A stretch of 64,000 nucleotides of DNA, from NCBI GenBank assembly GCA_963819655.1, contig CAWFXA010000002.1, positions 1,024,001 to 1,088,000 of the forward strand, given 5' to 3'. Source of the DNA: an uncultured Chloroflexia bacterium (GTDB lineage: Bacteria; Chloroflexota; Limnocylindria; Limnocylindrales; CSP1-4). The translations under genes were made by a program, and so were the position numbers. Of this stretch, positions 8,255 to 20,218 are shown one piece after another (position 1 is the first letter of the stretch; the number at the start of each line of letters is the position of its first letter). A model generated the notes under the pieces. It worked only from the letters and a program-made list of their open reading frames with translations. It searched no databases and was not told the origin of the DNA.

Positions 8255-8511
8255 CGGTCCCTGTCCAGGGCGTTGAGGATGAGCCGGACGATGATCGATC
8301 CGAGCGTGGCCGCGACGACGGCGGCGATCAGCCCGTTGACCGGGCCGAAGCCCATCGACTGCGCGAGCCAGCCACCGACGATCCCTCCGACGATGCCGAC
8401 GACGACGTTCGGCAGGCAGCCGCGCGCCGTCCGACCGCCGACCAGCGCGCCCGAGATGGCGCCCGCGAGGAGGCCGACGAAGATCCAGCCGAAGATCCCC
8501 AGATCAAGCAC
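8251..8511 (-). CDS. GlsB/YeaQ/YmgE family (transglycosylase-associated) membrane protein
   Basis: 86 aa: WIFVGLLAGAI...NVVVGIVGGIVGGWL...VAATLGSII. Confidence 0.9.
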   Translation of the reverse strand: MLDLGIFGWIFVGLLAGAISGALVGGRTARGCLPNVVVGIVGGIVGGWLAQSMGFGPVNGLIAAVVAATLGSIIVRLILNALDRDR

Positions 8512-8579
8512 GGTCGGAGTATCCCACGGCTATGCCGCGCTCGGCGGACGGTGCGACGACCGTCGCCGTCACGGTGGCT

Positions 8580-9398
8580 TCACGGCTCGGCGAGGAACGT
8601 GGCGATCACCTCGACCATCGCGTCGGGGTGGGTGTGATGGGCGGCGTGGCGCGCCCCGTCGATCACGACGACCCGCCCGTCCGCCAGTCGCTCGTCGAGC
8701 GCGACCGTGGCCTCATGGAAGGCTGGCACGCTGTCGCCGCCCAGGATCTGGAGCACCGGCTGGCGGACCCGACCGAGCGCGTCGAGCCCCGCTGCACCTG
8801 CCTTACCCTCGGCCGACAGCTCCCGTGGGATGGTGTGCGCGGCGGCGACCCGCAGCGGCCAGACGGGGTCTGCTCGGTAGGCCGCGAGAGCCGCGTCATC
8901 CATCCCGACCACGCGGCGCAGGAAGGCTTCGAGCACCGCCTCTGGGCGACCGGCGCGATCGAGATCCGCCAGCTCGCCCGCCAGGGCCGCGTCGCCATAG
9001 CGCACGTCCGGCGCCGACGGCGCCCCCTCGTAGGACACGACCCGACGGATGGACTCTGTCAGAAGCGCGGCCCCGAGGGCGCAACGACCGCCATAGGAAT
9101 GACCGATCACATCGACGCGCGCCCTTGTCTCGGTGGCCACGGTGTCGGCGACGGCCGCCACGTCCTCGAACTCCCGCTCGATGGCGTACGGCAGCGTGTC
9201 GCCCGAAGCGCCGCGACCGCGGCGGTCGATGGCCTGGACGGTGAACAGCTCGGCGAGCATCGGCCCGATCACCCGGAAGGTGGTGTGGTCGGCAGCGGCG
9301 CCATGGACCAGGACGACCGACGGCCCCGCACCGCTCGTGAAGACGGCGATCGGCGTGCGGTCGCGCGACTCGACCAGCCGCGAGGGTGCGGCCGTCAT
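8580..9398 (-). CDS. Alpha/beta fold hydrolase
   Basis: LVHG, DRRGRGASGD, GHSYGG nucleophile elbow, C-terminal His. Confidence 0.9.
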   Translation of the reverse strand: MTAAPSRLVESRDRTPIAVFTSGAGPSVVLVHGAAADHTTFRVIGPMLAELFTVQAIDRRGRGASGDTLPYAIEREFEDVAAVADTVATETRARVDVIGHSYGGRCALGAALLTESIRRVVSYEGAPSAPDVRYGDAALAGELADLDRAGRPEAVLEAFLRRVVGMDDAALAAYRADPVWPLRVAAAHTIPRELSAEGKAGAAGLDALGRVRQPVLQILGGDSVPAFHEATVALDERLADGRVVVIDGARHAAHHTHPDAMVEVIATFLAEP

Positions 9399-9898
9399 GC
9401 AGGGGGCTCGGCCGCCACCACACCACCCTCCGGACGCCAGCGGTAGAGGACATCCGGCTGGCGCTCCTCATTGCCGGACCCGTCCCCGAACGCGATGGGC
9501 ACGAACCCATGGCTCTCGTAGAACCGACGGGCGTAGGCGTTGACCTGGAAGCAGTACAGGTCGAGTCCCTCCGGCCGGCGCGCCTTGGCGAGCGCGATGA
9601 AACGCCGGCCGAGACCGAGGCCGATCCACTCGGGGGCGACGTACAGCTGCTCCACCTTCGTGTCCGACAGCGCCATCACGGCGACGACCCGGCCGTCATC
9701 CCGCCGGTCTTCGGCGACCCATGTCTCGTGCTTCGGCACGAGCTCGGTCGCCAGCCAGCGGCGGACGTCGTCGTCGGGATGACTCGGCGGGAAGTCGAAC
9801 GTGGCCCGCCAGGACGCCAGCCACACCTCGCCGATGTCGGGCGCGTCATCGACCTCTGCCCTCCGGATGACCAGTCGATCGCTCTCGGACGACGTCAC
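9395..9898 (-). CDS. GNAT family N-acetyltransferase
   Basis: GTG 9898 overlaps the pgl stop; QLYVAPEWIGLGLG and NAYARRFYESHGF motifs. Confidence 0.88.
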   Translation of the reverse strand: MTSSESDRLVIRRAEVDDAPDIGEVWLASWRATFDFPPSHPDDDVRRWLATELVPKHETWVAEDRRDDGRVVAVMALSDTKVEQLYVAPEWIGLGLGRRFIALAKARRPEGLDLYCFQVNAYARRFYESHGFVPIAFGDGSGNEERQPDVLYRWRPEGGVVAAEPPA

Positions 9899-10698
9899 CG
9901 GGCAAGTCGCGCCGCGGCCGCCTCGTCGAGAAGCCAGGTCGCGCCGTCGCGCAGCGCCAGCTGCGCGGGGAGCGCGGCCGGATCGACATCCGGCGCGAAG
10001 ATGCGGCCGATGATGTCGGCCTTGCCGGCACCGGAGGCGACGACCAATACACGCTCGGCGACCGCGACAACGGCCGGGTTGAGCGTCACGCGCTCCACAT
10101 GCGGCTCGATGTGGGTCGGCGCCGGGATCGCCAGAGCCCACCGCTTCGATTCGAATGCCGCCGACCCGGGGAAGACCGACAGGATGTGCCCGTCACTGCC
10201 GACGCCGAGGAGGATGAGGTCGAAGACCGGCCAGCCATCGGTCTCCCGGAGGCCCGCCGCCCGAAGCTCCTCCACCAGCTCTGCCGCACAGGCCGCGGCG
10301 CTGCGGCCCTGGCCGATCGCCTCACCCGTCTGGAACGGGTGGACGTTGGCGACCGGGATCCGGACCCTGTCGCGATGGTCGTCCGAATGGACGCTCTCCC
10401 AACCGCCCGCCTCGAGGAGGATGTCGTCGAATGGCCGGACATTCGAGAGGGGGTGGTCCCCGGGCACGAACCGGTCGTCGCCCCACCAGGTGTGGACGTC
10501 ACGCCATGGCATCCGGGCCCGGAGATCCGGTGTGAGCATCGCCTTGTAGATCCCGATCGGGGCGGTACCGCCGGTCGTCGCCCAGTCGGCGCGACCGCGC
10601 CGTGCGACGGCGCCGCTCAGCGTGTCCGCGATGATCGACGCGGCGCGAGCCGCGCCGGTCGCCTGATCCGGGACGACGACGACCTCTCGTCCGGTCAC
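9895..10698 (-). CDS. pgl: 6-phosphogluconolactonase
   Basis: TGGTAP, WWGDDRFVP..HPLSN, FDLILLGVGSDGH.LS.FP, ERVTL and GAGKA motifs; lies in the zwf-opcA operon. Confidence 0.92.
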   Translation of the reverse strand: MTGREVVVVPDQATGAARAASIIADTLSGAVARRGRADWATTGGTAPIGIYKAMLTPDLRARMPWRDVHTWWGDDRFVPGDHPLSNVRPFDDILLEAGGWESVHSDDHRDRVRIPVANVHPFQTGEAIGQGRSAAACAAELVEELRAAGLRETDGWPVFDLILLGVGSDGHILSVFPGSAAFESKRWALAIPAPTHIEPHVERVTLNPAVVAVAERVLVVASGAGKADIIGRIFAPDVDPAALPAQLALRDGATWLLDEAAAARLAR

Positions 10699-11935
10699 GA
10701 GCGGCCGCCTGCCGCCGGTGCCTCGCCGACCAGTCGCGCCGCCGTCCGTAACGTCCCGACCGAGACCGGATCGCGGCGACCCGCCTCGATCGCCTCCGCG
10801 AGGAGGTCGACGTCCCCGCGACGGGGGGCGAGGAAGTGCCGCTCCAGCGCCTCGACGCCGTCCTGCCAGACCCGGACGTGGACCGTCTCGGCTTCGGCGG
10901 TCACGTCGGCCCGGAGCTCCGAGCCGCGACGCTCGCACAGCAGCTCGACGCGCAGCGTCGTGCCGGAGGGCATCGACGAGACGACCGGCCTGATCACCAC
11001 GGACACCTCGGCTCGCCCATCGGACAGGGTGGCTGCCATCCCCCGACTCAGCGTCGGCCGGCTCGACGAGCCGGCCCGCGGCTTCGATGTGCCCTGGCCC
11101 GGTCCCGTCGCGACGGCCAGCGGCTTGACGACGTTCAGCCCGAGGCGCGACGCCAACCAGGCCACGTGGTAGACAGGTTTCACGAGGTTTGTCGTCCCGG
11201 GCGCGCCCGTCTCGTCGTGGGTCCCATACGTCACCGAGATCCGCCGAAGGGAGCGCAGGTACGGCAGGAAGTCCGGGTCGTCGAAGATCGATGCGATCGC
11301 CTCGCGCCAGCGCGATTGGCGCATCAGGGCGAAATCGCTCACGGCCAGGTTTGCCTTTTCTGCGACCGACGCCATCTCCGCGAGCCGTGCGAGTCCGTCA
11401 CCGTCCCACGTCGAGCCGTCCACGACGAGCCTGTCCGACGCCTCGAACAGGTCGATCGACGCTTGGGATGAGAACGGCGGCTCGCCCGGCCACCAGACCG
11501 TCGTCGGCAGGTCGTGGATTATCAGCGGCGTCACGATCGCCGAGAGGTGTCGCCCGGCTTCGCCGCCCGCGATCAGGTGGATGGTCTCGGCGCACGTCTC
11601 CGGGGCGTCCTCACGCGGCAGGATGCAATGCGCCTCCACGCGCGCGTCGATCCACGACGGGCCGTCGGGATCCGCTGATTGGACGACGATCGTCCGCGAC
11701 GGATGTTTGCCGGTCAGCGCCTGGATCGTGGCAGCTCCCCGTTCCGCGATCTCCGGCCGTCGCGCGATGACGACCAGGTTCATCACGCTCGATCTGGCCG
11801 CGACGTGACGGCCGGGCTTGCCCTCCATCCGGGTGGTCAGGTCCTGCCTGGCCCAGATCCTCGACAGCTCCTTCTCGATGTCGGGGATGCTCCGCGCCCG
11901 CGCCGACCAGCGCAGGACCGGCTCGTTGAGTGCGA

Positions 11936-11951
<16 letters not shown>
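10695..11951 (-). CDS. opcA: Glucose-6-phosphate dehydrogenase assembly protein OpcA
   Basis: NLVV, HPSRTIV, DLPTTVWWPGEPP and RLVVDGS motifs; directly downstream of zwf. Confidence 0.88.
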
Positions 11952-13612
<1,661 letters not shown>

Positions 13613-13652
13613 GGCTACGAAACCTCGGGCCGATGGCGTCGCGGGGCTCCGC

Positions 13653-14558
13653 TCATTCCGTCCTGACCTCGTGGCCGCCGAACTCGTTTCGCAGGGCAGC
13701 CAGCACCTTGGCCCCATACGAGTCGTCCTGTCGGGAGCGGAACCTGGTCAGGAGCGACAGCGTTATCACCGGCGCCGGGACGTCCTTGTCGATGGCCTCC
13801 TGGACCGTCCAGCGGCCCTCCCCCAAATCGGCGACCCAGCCCTTCAGGTGCTCGAGGTCCTGGCCGTTCGTCTTGAAGGCGCGAGCCGCCAGCTCGAGCA
13901 GCCACGAGCGCACGACCGAGCCCTGCATCCAGAGGTCAGAGATGGCAGCGAGGTCGAGCGTGTAGTCGCTCGCGTGCATGATCTCGAAGCCCTCGGCGTA
14001 CGCCTGCATGAGGCCGTACTCGATGCCGTTGTGGACCATCTTCACGTAGTGCCCGGCGCCTGGTCCCCCGACATGGAGATAGCCGCCCGGCGGCGCCAGG
14101 GTCGTGAAGATCGGCTCGAGCGGTCGGACGGCCTCCTCGTCGCCGCCGACCATCAGGCAATAGCCGACCTGCAGGCCCCACACCCCGCCCGATGTCCCCG
14201 CATCGACGTAATGGACGCCGTGCTCCTTCAGGGCGTCGTGGCGGCGGACGTCGTCGTGGAAGTTGGTGTTGCCCCCGTCGATGATCGTGTCGCCCGGCTC
14301 GAGGTGCTCGAGCAGCTCGGTGATCTGGGCCTCCGTGGCATCGCCCGCCGGGACCATCACCCAGACGGCCCGCGGCTTCTCGAGCTTGGCCACCAGCTCC
14401 TCGATCGAGAAGGTCGCCTTCGCTCCGTCGCCCTCTCCCTCGATCTCCTTCGACTTCTCCGGTGTCCGGTTGTAGACCATGATCTCGTGGCCGTCGCGGA
14501 CCAGGCGGCGGACCATGTTCGCGCCCATCCGACCGAGACCGATGAAGCCGAGTCGCAT
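13653..14558 (-). CDS. gnd: Decarboxylating 6-phosphogluconate dehydrogenase (short form)
   Basis: GFIGLGRMG, IDGGN, GTSGG, KMVHNGIEYG and LRNEFGGH motifs. Confidence 0.96.
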   Translation of the reverse strand: MRLGFIGLGRMGANMVRRLVRDGHEIMVYNRTPEKSKEIEGEGDGAKATFSIEELVAKLEKPRAVWVMVPAGDATEAQITELLEHLEPGDTIIDGGNTNFHDDVRRHDALKEHGVHYVDAGTSGGVWGLQVGYCLMVGGDEEAVRPLEPIFTTLAPPGGYLHVGGPGAGHYVKMVHNGIEYGLMQAYAEGFEIMHASDYTLDLAAISDLWMQGSVVRSWLLELAARAFKTNGQDLEHLKGWVADLGEGRWTVQEAIDKDVPAPVITLSLLTRFRSRQDDSYGAKVLAALRNEFGGHEVRTE

Positions 14559-14563
14559 GTGCG

Positions 14564-16291
14564 TCACACCTCCGGCAGGTTGGCGAGCGCGCCGTCGAGT
14601 GCGCGCTCAAGGGCGGCGAGCCCGGCGTCCACGTCGGCGCCGAGATGGATCCGCAGGATCGGCAGGTCGTGCGCGGCGATCGCGGCGTGATCGCCGTCGG
14701 CCTGCGCGTGGATGAGCTGGCCGAAGGTATACGGCCAGCCCGGGATCGGCCGATCGTTCGTGTGATCCGCTGTGAGCTGGAGAAACCACCCGATCGGCGG
14801 GCCGCCCTTGTGGAGTTGGCCCGTCGAATGGAGGAAACGAGGCCCATAGCCGGCCGTCGTCGCGTTGCGGGTCGCGTCACGGAGGCGGGACCGGATCCGG
14901 GTCATCGCCGCGTCGCGGTCCGACGTCGGGGCGATGAACGCCTGGACGGCAAGGTAGGCGTGCGGTACCCGCCGGCCGAGGTGATCGCGCAGCCGGTCGG
15001 CGAGATTCGCATCGGCGGCGCTCACCTCGGCGTCGTGCGACACCATGCGCTCGCCGAGATCGGCCTTGGCGAACGCCTGGCGGGTCATCTCCTTGGACTC
15101 CTCGACATTGGGCTGGTCGAACGGGTCGATGCCGAGGACGATGCCGGCGATCGCCGTGGCCACCTCCCACCGAACGAACTCGGCGCCGAGATCGATCGGA
15201 TCGGGGACCGTGATTCGGATGACCGGGTGGCCGGCCTTCTCGAGCGCGTCGGCGAGGGCGTCGCGGCCCCCGTCGGTGCCTCCCTCGAGGGCCATACGAA
15301 CGATGACCCTGTCGTCACCGTAGGACTCCGGCCGGCCGAGCGGCTCGAGGTCCACAGGCACGATCCCAACACCATGCTTGCCTGTGCTCTCGGCGATGAG
15401 CTGTTCCGCCCAGGCCCCGAAGGACGCGATGTCGTCGTCGGGCAGGAACGTCAGCTTGTCGCGGCCGGCGCGAGCCAGCGTGCCGATCGCGATCCCGAGG
15501 GACACGCCGGGGTTGGCGTCCGGATCCGGTTCCCGGCACGCGCCGAGCATCGCGCCAGCGGACGCCAGCAGCGCGTCGAGGTCCAGCCCGATCAATGACG
15601 CCGGCACCAGCCCGACGTACGACAGCGCGCTGTAGCGACCGCCGATGTCGGGTGGGTTGAGGAACACTTCCCGGAAGGCGTCGTGGTGGGGGATCGCCTC
15701 GAGGCTTTTCCCGGGATCGGTGATCGCGACGATGAAGGCGCCGGGAGTCTCGTAGACGTGGTGCTTGACCTTGTCGAGCGCCTCGCTCCCGCGATGCCAG
15801 GCCTCCGCGAGGAACGCGTTCGGCTCGACGGTCGTGCCCGACTTGCTCGCCACGATCACGAGCGTGCGAAACGGATCGAGGTCATCGAAGACGGCCCCGA
15901 CGGCCTCCGGATCGGTCGAGTCGAGGATGCGCAGGGCGAGGTAGCCATCGGTCGAGCCGAATGTCCGATGGAGGACATCCGGTGCGAGGCTGCTGCCCCC
16001 CATCCCGGCCACGACGGCGGTCGTGAGGCCGGCGTCGACCACTGCATCGCCGAACCCCTCGAGAGCCGGGATGTTGTCGATGAAGTCGATCGGGGCGTCG
16101 AGCCAGCCCAGGCGATCCGCGATGGCCGCGGCGACCGTCGGGTCGTCCGTCCACAGCGACGTGTCGCGGTCGAACAGCCGGACGGCCCATTCGGCGTCGC
16201 GGGCGTCATCGACGACCGAGCGATACGCGGCAGCGCCGTCCCCGAGCGCGAATGTCGGGACCTGGACGGGGGACGAGACGGGCTCGGTCAT
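14564..16291 (-). CDS. pgi: Glucose-6-phosphate isomerase (type seen as the PGI half of Tal/Pgi fusions)
   Basis: GMGGSSL, ASKSGTTVE, IGGRYSALS, EQLIAESTGK, FDQPNVEESK and GPRFLHSTGQLHKGG motifs; GGAGG RBS. Confidence 0.9.
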   Translation of the reverse strand: MTEPVSSPVQVPTFALGDGAAAYRSVVDDARDAEWAVRLFDRDTSLWTDDPTVAAAIADRLGWLDAPIDFIDNIPALEGFGDAVVDAGLTTAVVAGMGGSSLAPDVLHRTFGSTDGYLALRILDSTDPEAVGAVFDDLDPFRTLVIVASKSGTTVEPNAFLAEAWHRGSEALDKVKHHVYETPGAFIVAITDPGKSLEAIPHHDAFREVFLNPPDIGGRYSALSYVGLVPASLIGLDLDALLASAGAMLGACREPDPDANPGVSLGIAIGTLARAGRDKLTFLPDDDIASFGAWAEQLIAESTGKHGVGIVPVDLEPLGRPESYGDDRVIVRMALEGGTDGGRDALADALEKAGHPVIRITVPDPIDLGAEFVRWEVATAIAGIVLGIDPFDQPNVEESKEMTRQAFAKADLGERMVSHDAEVSAADANLADRLRDHLGRRVPHAYLAVQAFIAPTSDRDAAMTRIRSRLRDATRNATTAGYGPRFLHSTGQLHKGGPPIGWFLQLTADHTNDRPIPGWPYTFGQLIHAQADGDHAAIAAHDLPILRIHLGADVDAGLAALERALDGALANLPEV

Positions 16292-16370
16292 CGTGGCCTC
16301 CGAAGGATTTCCGGGGACCTGCATGGTACTTCCCTCACATCACCCCCGGCCGTGCGTCACACTGCGAGGG

Positions 16371-17525
16371 ATGCGGCGGCCTTGGCTTCGCTTGGGTTCC
16401 TTGGCGATCGCGTCGGCGGTGCTGGGCTGCACGCCGGCCCCGTCACCGACCCCACCGATGACCCCGCCACCCGTGCCGGCCGACGTCGTGCCGTGGCCGG
16501 ACGTCGTGTGGTCGACGGCAGAAGTGACCGGTGGCGGACCGGCCGACGACCCGGGCGGCGGCGAGATGGTCGCCGCAGTCACGGCGGGCCCGAACGGCTT
16601 CGTGGCGGTCGGCTACCGGGAGCACGACGCTGTCCGCGACGGCCTGATCTGGTTCTCCGAGGATGGCGTGTCGTGGACCTCCGTCGGGGCGCCCGGCGCG
16701 TTCGACGCCGTGGAGCTGGTCGACGTGGCGACGTCGCCGCGCGGCTTCGTGGCGCTCGGGGTCGGGCTGTTCGCACCGGCCGCCGACCGCCCGCATGCGG
16801 TGTTCCTGCATTCCCCCGACGGCCTCGCGTGGGAGCGCATCGGGGGGGTGCCCGGATCCGCCGACACGTACCCGGCCTGGGTGACAGGCGGTCTCGACGG
16901 TTTCGTGGCGGCCGGCAGCGATGAGAACGGCGCTCCGGCAGTCTGGAGATCCCCGGACGGAACGACGTTCGAGCGCATGACGATCGAGCTCGCGGCGGAC
17001 CTGTCGGTCACCGATCCGCATGCCGTCGACGGCGGCTACGTCGCGCTCGGCGGCAGCGGCAGCCCGCCCGTCCTGCTGCGATCGCCCGATGCGGTCCGCT
17101 GGACCGCCACGCCCATCGACATGGCCCCGGACGTCTCTGCGGCACGGCTGATCCCGGGTCGCTGGGGACTGGTCGTCCAGGGGGCCTGGGCACCGACATG
17201 CGCGGCGAACGCGTCCTGCCCGGCCAGCTCGATCGCCTGGTGGTCCGAGGACGGGTCCGCGTGGGGCCGGCTGCCGGGCGACGGATCGCCCATGTCGAAC
17301 GGTGGCAGCATCGTCGTCCCGGCCGGCACGCACGGCCTCCTGGCGATCGACGGCGCGAGCGCCTGGGCGAGCCCCGACGGCTGGGCGTGGCGTCCGTTGC
17401 CCGAGCCTGGGGATGGATCGATGCTGATCACCGACGCGGCCGTCGTCGGCGACGAGATCGTCGCGGTCGGAGCCGTGTATGGCGAGGACGGCATCAGCCG
17501 GGGGGCCATCGTCGTTGCGAAGTGA
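16371..17525 (+). CDS. Secreted lipoprotein with six S-x-D-G-x-x-W (Asp-box/BNR-like) repeats, probable beta-propeller
   Basis: Signal peptide with lipobox VLGC and a Pro/Thr linker; repeats WFSEDGVSW, LHSPDGLAW, WRSPDGTTF, LRSPDAVRW, WWSEDGSAW, WASPDGWAW. Confidence 0.75.
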   Translation: MRRPWLRLGSLAIASAVLGCTPAPSPTPPMTPPPVPADVVPWPDVVWSTAEVTGGGPADDPGGGEMVAAVTAGPNGFVAVGYREHDAVRDGLIWFSEDGVSWTSVGAPGAFDAVELVDVATSPRGFVALGVGLFAPAADRPHAVFLHSPDGLAWERIGGVPGSADTYPAWVTGGLDGFVAAGSDENGAPAVWRSPDGTTFERMTIELAADLSVTDPHAVDGGYVALGGSGSPPVLLRSPDAVRWTATPIDMAPDVSAARLIPGRWGLVVQGAWAPTCAANASCPASSIAWWSEDGSAWGRLPGDGSPMSNGGSIVVPAGTHGLLAIDGASAWASPDGWAWRPLPEPGDGSMLITDAAVVGDEIVAVGAVYGEDGISRGAIVVAK

Positions 17526-17984
17526 CTAGCGGCCGGCCGCCTCGATCGCCAGGACCTTGGCGAGTCGTCGCTTGTGCCGCGGCTCGCCGCTGAACGTCGC
17601 CGCGAGGAAGGCCAGCGAGCACTCGACGGCGGGCTCCGGTCCGATGACGCGGGCACCGAGCGTCAGGACGTTCATGTCGTCGTGCTCGACGCCCTGGTGG
17701 GCCGAATACGTGTCATGGCATACCGCCGACCTGATCCCGCGCATCTTGTTCGCCGCCACGCTGGCGCCGACACCCGACCCGCAGATGAGGATCCCGCGAT
17801 CGGCCTCCCCGGACAGGATCGACTCGCCCAGCCGCTGGGCGAAGTCCGGGTAGTCGTCGTTCGGGTCGGAGCCGTCGCCGCCCAGGTCGATCAGCTCGTG
17901 CCCGACGCCGGCCGCCGCGATCCGCGCGATCAGCTCGTCCTTGAGCCGGGCTCCGGCGTGATCCGCCGAGAACGCGACGCGCAT
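17526..17984 (-). CDS. rpiB: Ribose-5-phosphate isomerase B
   Basis: [26 protein letters not shown] and EHDDMNVL motifs; ATG overlaps the tkt stop. Confidence 0.95.
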   Translation of the reverse strand: MRVAFSADHAGARLKDELIARIAAAGVGHELIDLGGDGSDPNDDYPDFAQRLGESILSGEADRGILICGSGVGASVAANKMRGIRSAVCHDTYSAHQGVEHDDMNVLTLGARVIGPEPAVECSLAFLAATFSGEPRHKRRLAKVLAIEAAGR

Positions 17985-20124
17985 CAGCTGTGGCCCGGAT
18001 CGGAGTCGTCGGTGCGGTCCACGCCCGCCTCGCCGGAGCGCAGCGTCGGGTGGGCACCGCTGCCCATGTGGGCAAAGTGCCCGCCCTCGATGGTCCCGAT
18101 CCGCCCGCGCAGCCCGTCGCGCACGACCCGCCGGCCGACGTCCGCGACGCGGGCCACGGTGAAGCCGAAGTGCTCGAAGATCGTGCCTGCCGGGAGCCGA
18201 GGCGCCGAAGTGGTCGAGCCCGATGATCGCGCCCTCGTCGCCGACCCAGCGCTCCCACCCGAGCGACACGCCGACCTCGACGCTGACCCGCTTGCGAACG
18301 GACGGTGGCAGGACCTCGTCGCGATACGACGCGTCCTGCGCCTCGAAGCGCTCCCAGCAGGGGAGCGACACGACTCGGGTCGGGATCCCGTCGTCTTCGA
18401 GCGCCTCGGCCGCCCCGAAGCCGAGCTGGAGCTCGGAGCCTGTGGCGATGAGGATCAGCGTCGGCGCACCGCCCTCTGCGTCGACGGAGCACGTAGCCGC
18501 CGCGCGCGACGCCCTCGCGCGCCTTGTCGGCCGTGCCGGGGAGGACAGGCAGCTTCTGCCGGGTGAGGGCCAGTGCGACCGGTCCGTCACGCCGCTCGAT
18601 CGCAAGGGCCCACGCCGCCGACGTCTCGTTCGCGTCGCCGGGGCGCACGAACCACAGGTTGGGGATCGCCCGCAACGCCGCGTAATGCTCGACCGGCTGG
18701 TGGGTCGGCCCGTCCTCGCCGAGCCCGACCGAGTCGTGCGTCCAGACGTGGATCACGTGCAACCCGGCCAAGGCGGAAAGGCGGACCGCGCCCCGCATGT
18801 AATCGCTGAACGTCAGGAACGTCGCGTCGTACGGGATGAACCCGCCGTGGTAGGCGATGCCGTTCGCGATCCCGCCCATACCGTGCTCCCGAACCCCGAA
18901 GCGCAGGTTCCGACCCGGCTCTTCGGCGCTGAAGTTCGGCTCACCCTTGACGTCGGTCAGGTTGGACTCGGAGAGGTCCGCCGCACCGCCGAACAGCTCC
19001 GGCACCGGCCCGGCAAGTGCCAGGATCGCGTCCTGCGATGCGTTCCGGGTGGCCAGCTCGGTCCCCGCCTCGTACGTCTTAAGCCCGCCGTCCCACCCAG
19101 GCCGCAGCCGCCGGTCCACGCGCCGCAGGAATTCCTCCGCGCGCGCCACGTCGGTCGCCCCGTACCGGGCCAGCTTCTCGTTCCATTCGTCGACGAGCCG
19201 CTCCCCGGCCGGGACCGCCTCGCGGAACACGGCCAATGCGTCGGCCGGCACGTGGAACGTGGCATCCGGGTTCCAGCCGTAGGCCACCTTCGTCAGGCGC
19301 ACCTCGTCGGGACCCAGCGGCGCTCCGTGCGCCTTCTGCGAGTCCTGCTTGTTCGGGCTGCCGTAGCCGATGTGGGTCCGAACGGCGATGAGGCTCGGCC
19401 GGTCGTCGGCGTCGCGAGCCGTTTGGATCGCCGATTCGATGGCCGCGATGTCGTTGCCGTCGGCGACGCGCTGGGTGTGCCAGCCGTAGGCGTCGAAGCG
19501 CTTCGGCACGTCCTCCGAGAACGCCATCGCGGTCGGGCCGTCGAGCTGGATGTGGTTGTCGTCGTACAGGACGATCAACTTGCCGAGGCGCAAGTGGCCC
19601 GCGAGGCTCGCCGCCTCCGAGGCGATGCCCTCCTGGAGGTCGCCATCGCTGGCGATCACGTACGTCCGGTGATCGACGATCCTGCCGCCGTCGCCGTTGA
19701 ACTCCGCCCCGAGCCTCCGCTCGGCGATGGCCATGCCGACCGCGTTCGCGAAGCCCTGACCGAGCGGCCCGGTCGTGGCCTCGACCCCCGGCGTCAGCCC
19801 CGACTCCGGATGACCCGGCGTCCGCGAGCCCCACTGGCGGAACCTCGTCAACTCGTCGAGCGGGAGGTCGTAGCCGGTCAGGTGGAGGAGCGAGTAGAGC
19901 AGCATCGAGGCGTGCCCGGCCGACAGGACGAAGCGGTCGCGATCCGGCCAGTCGGGCTGCGTCGGGGCGTGTCGGAGGAAACGCGTCCAGAGCACGTACG
20001 CCATCGGGGCGGCGCCCATCGGGGCGCCCGGGTGTCCTGAGTTCGCCTGCTGGACCGCGTCGATCGAGAGGGTGCGGATCGTGTCGATCGCGAGGCGGTC
20101 GAGGTCGGTCGTCACGGCGGCCAT
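17984..20124 (-). CDS. tkt: Transketolase (two apparent +1 frameshifts near 18484 and 18193)
   Basis: [30 protein letters not shown] and GEDGPTHQP; continues in a second frame (LIATGSE...HFGASAP) and a third (IFEHFGFT) to TGA 17986-17984. Confidence 0.93.
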
Positions 20125-20178
20125 GGGCGGGACTCCGATCGTCGGTGGCGTGAGGGAACCGAAGGATCTGGAAGGTCC

Positions 20179-20184
20179 ATTGTA
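20179..20184 (-). promoter_or_regulatory. -10 element (TACAAT) of tkt-rpiB
   Basis: TACAAT on the minus strand about 55 nt upstream of the tkt ATG. Confidence 0.45.
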
Positions 20185-20218
20185 GGTGTCACGGTCATCA
20201 CCGCCTCACGCTCGGACG

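Noticed and set aside
17526-18605. Transketolase C-terminal domain/RpiB fusion (359-aa ORF)
   Set aside because: Artefact of the tkt frameshifts; rpiB has its own ATG at 17984 overlapping the tkt stop.
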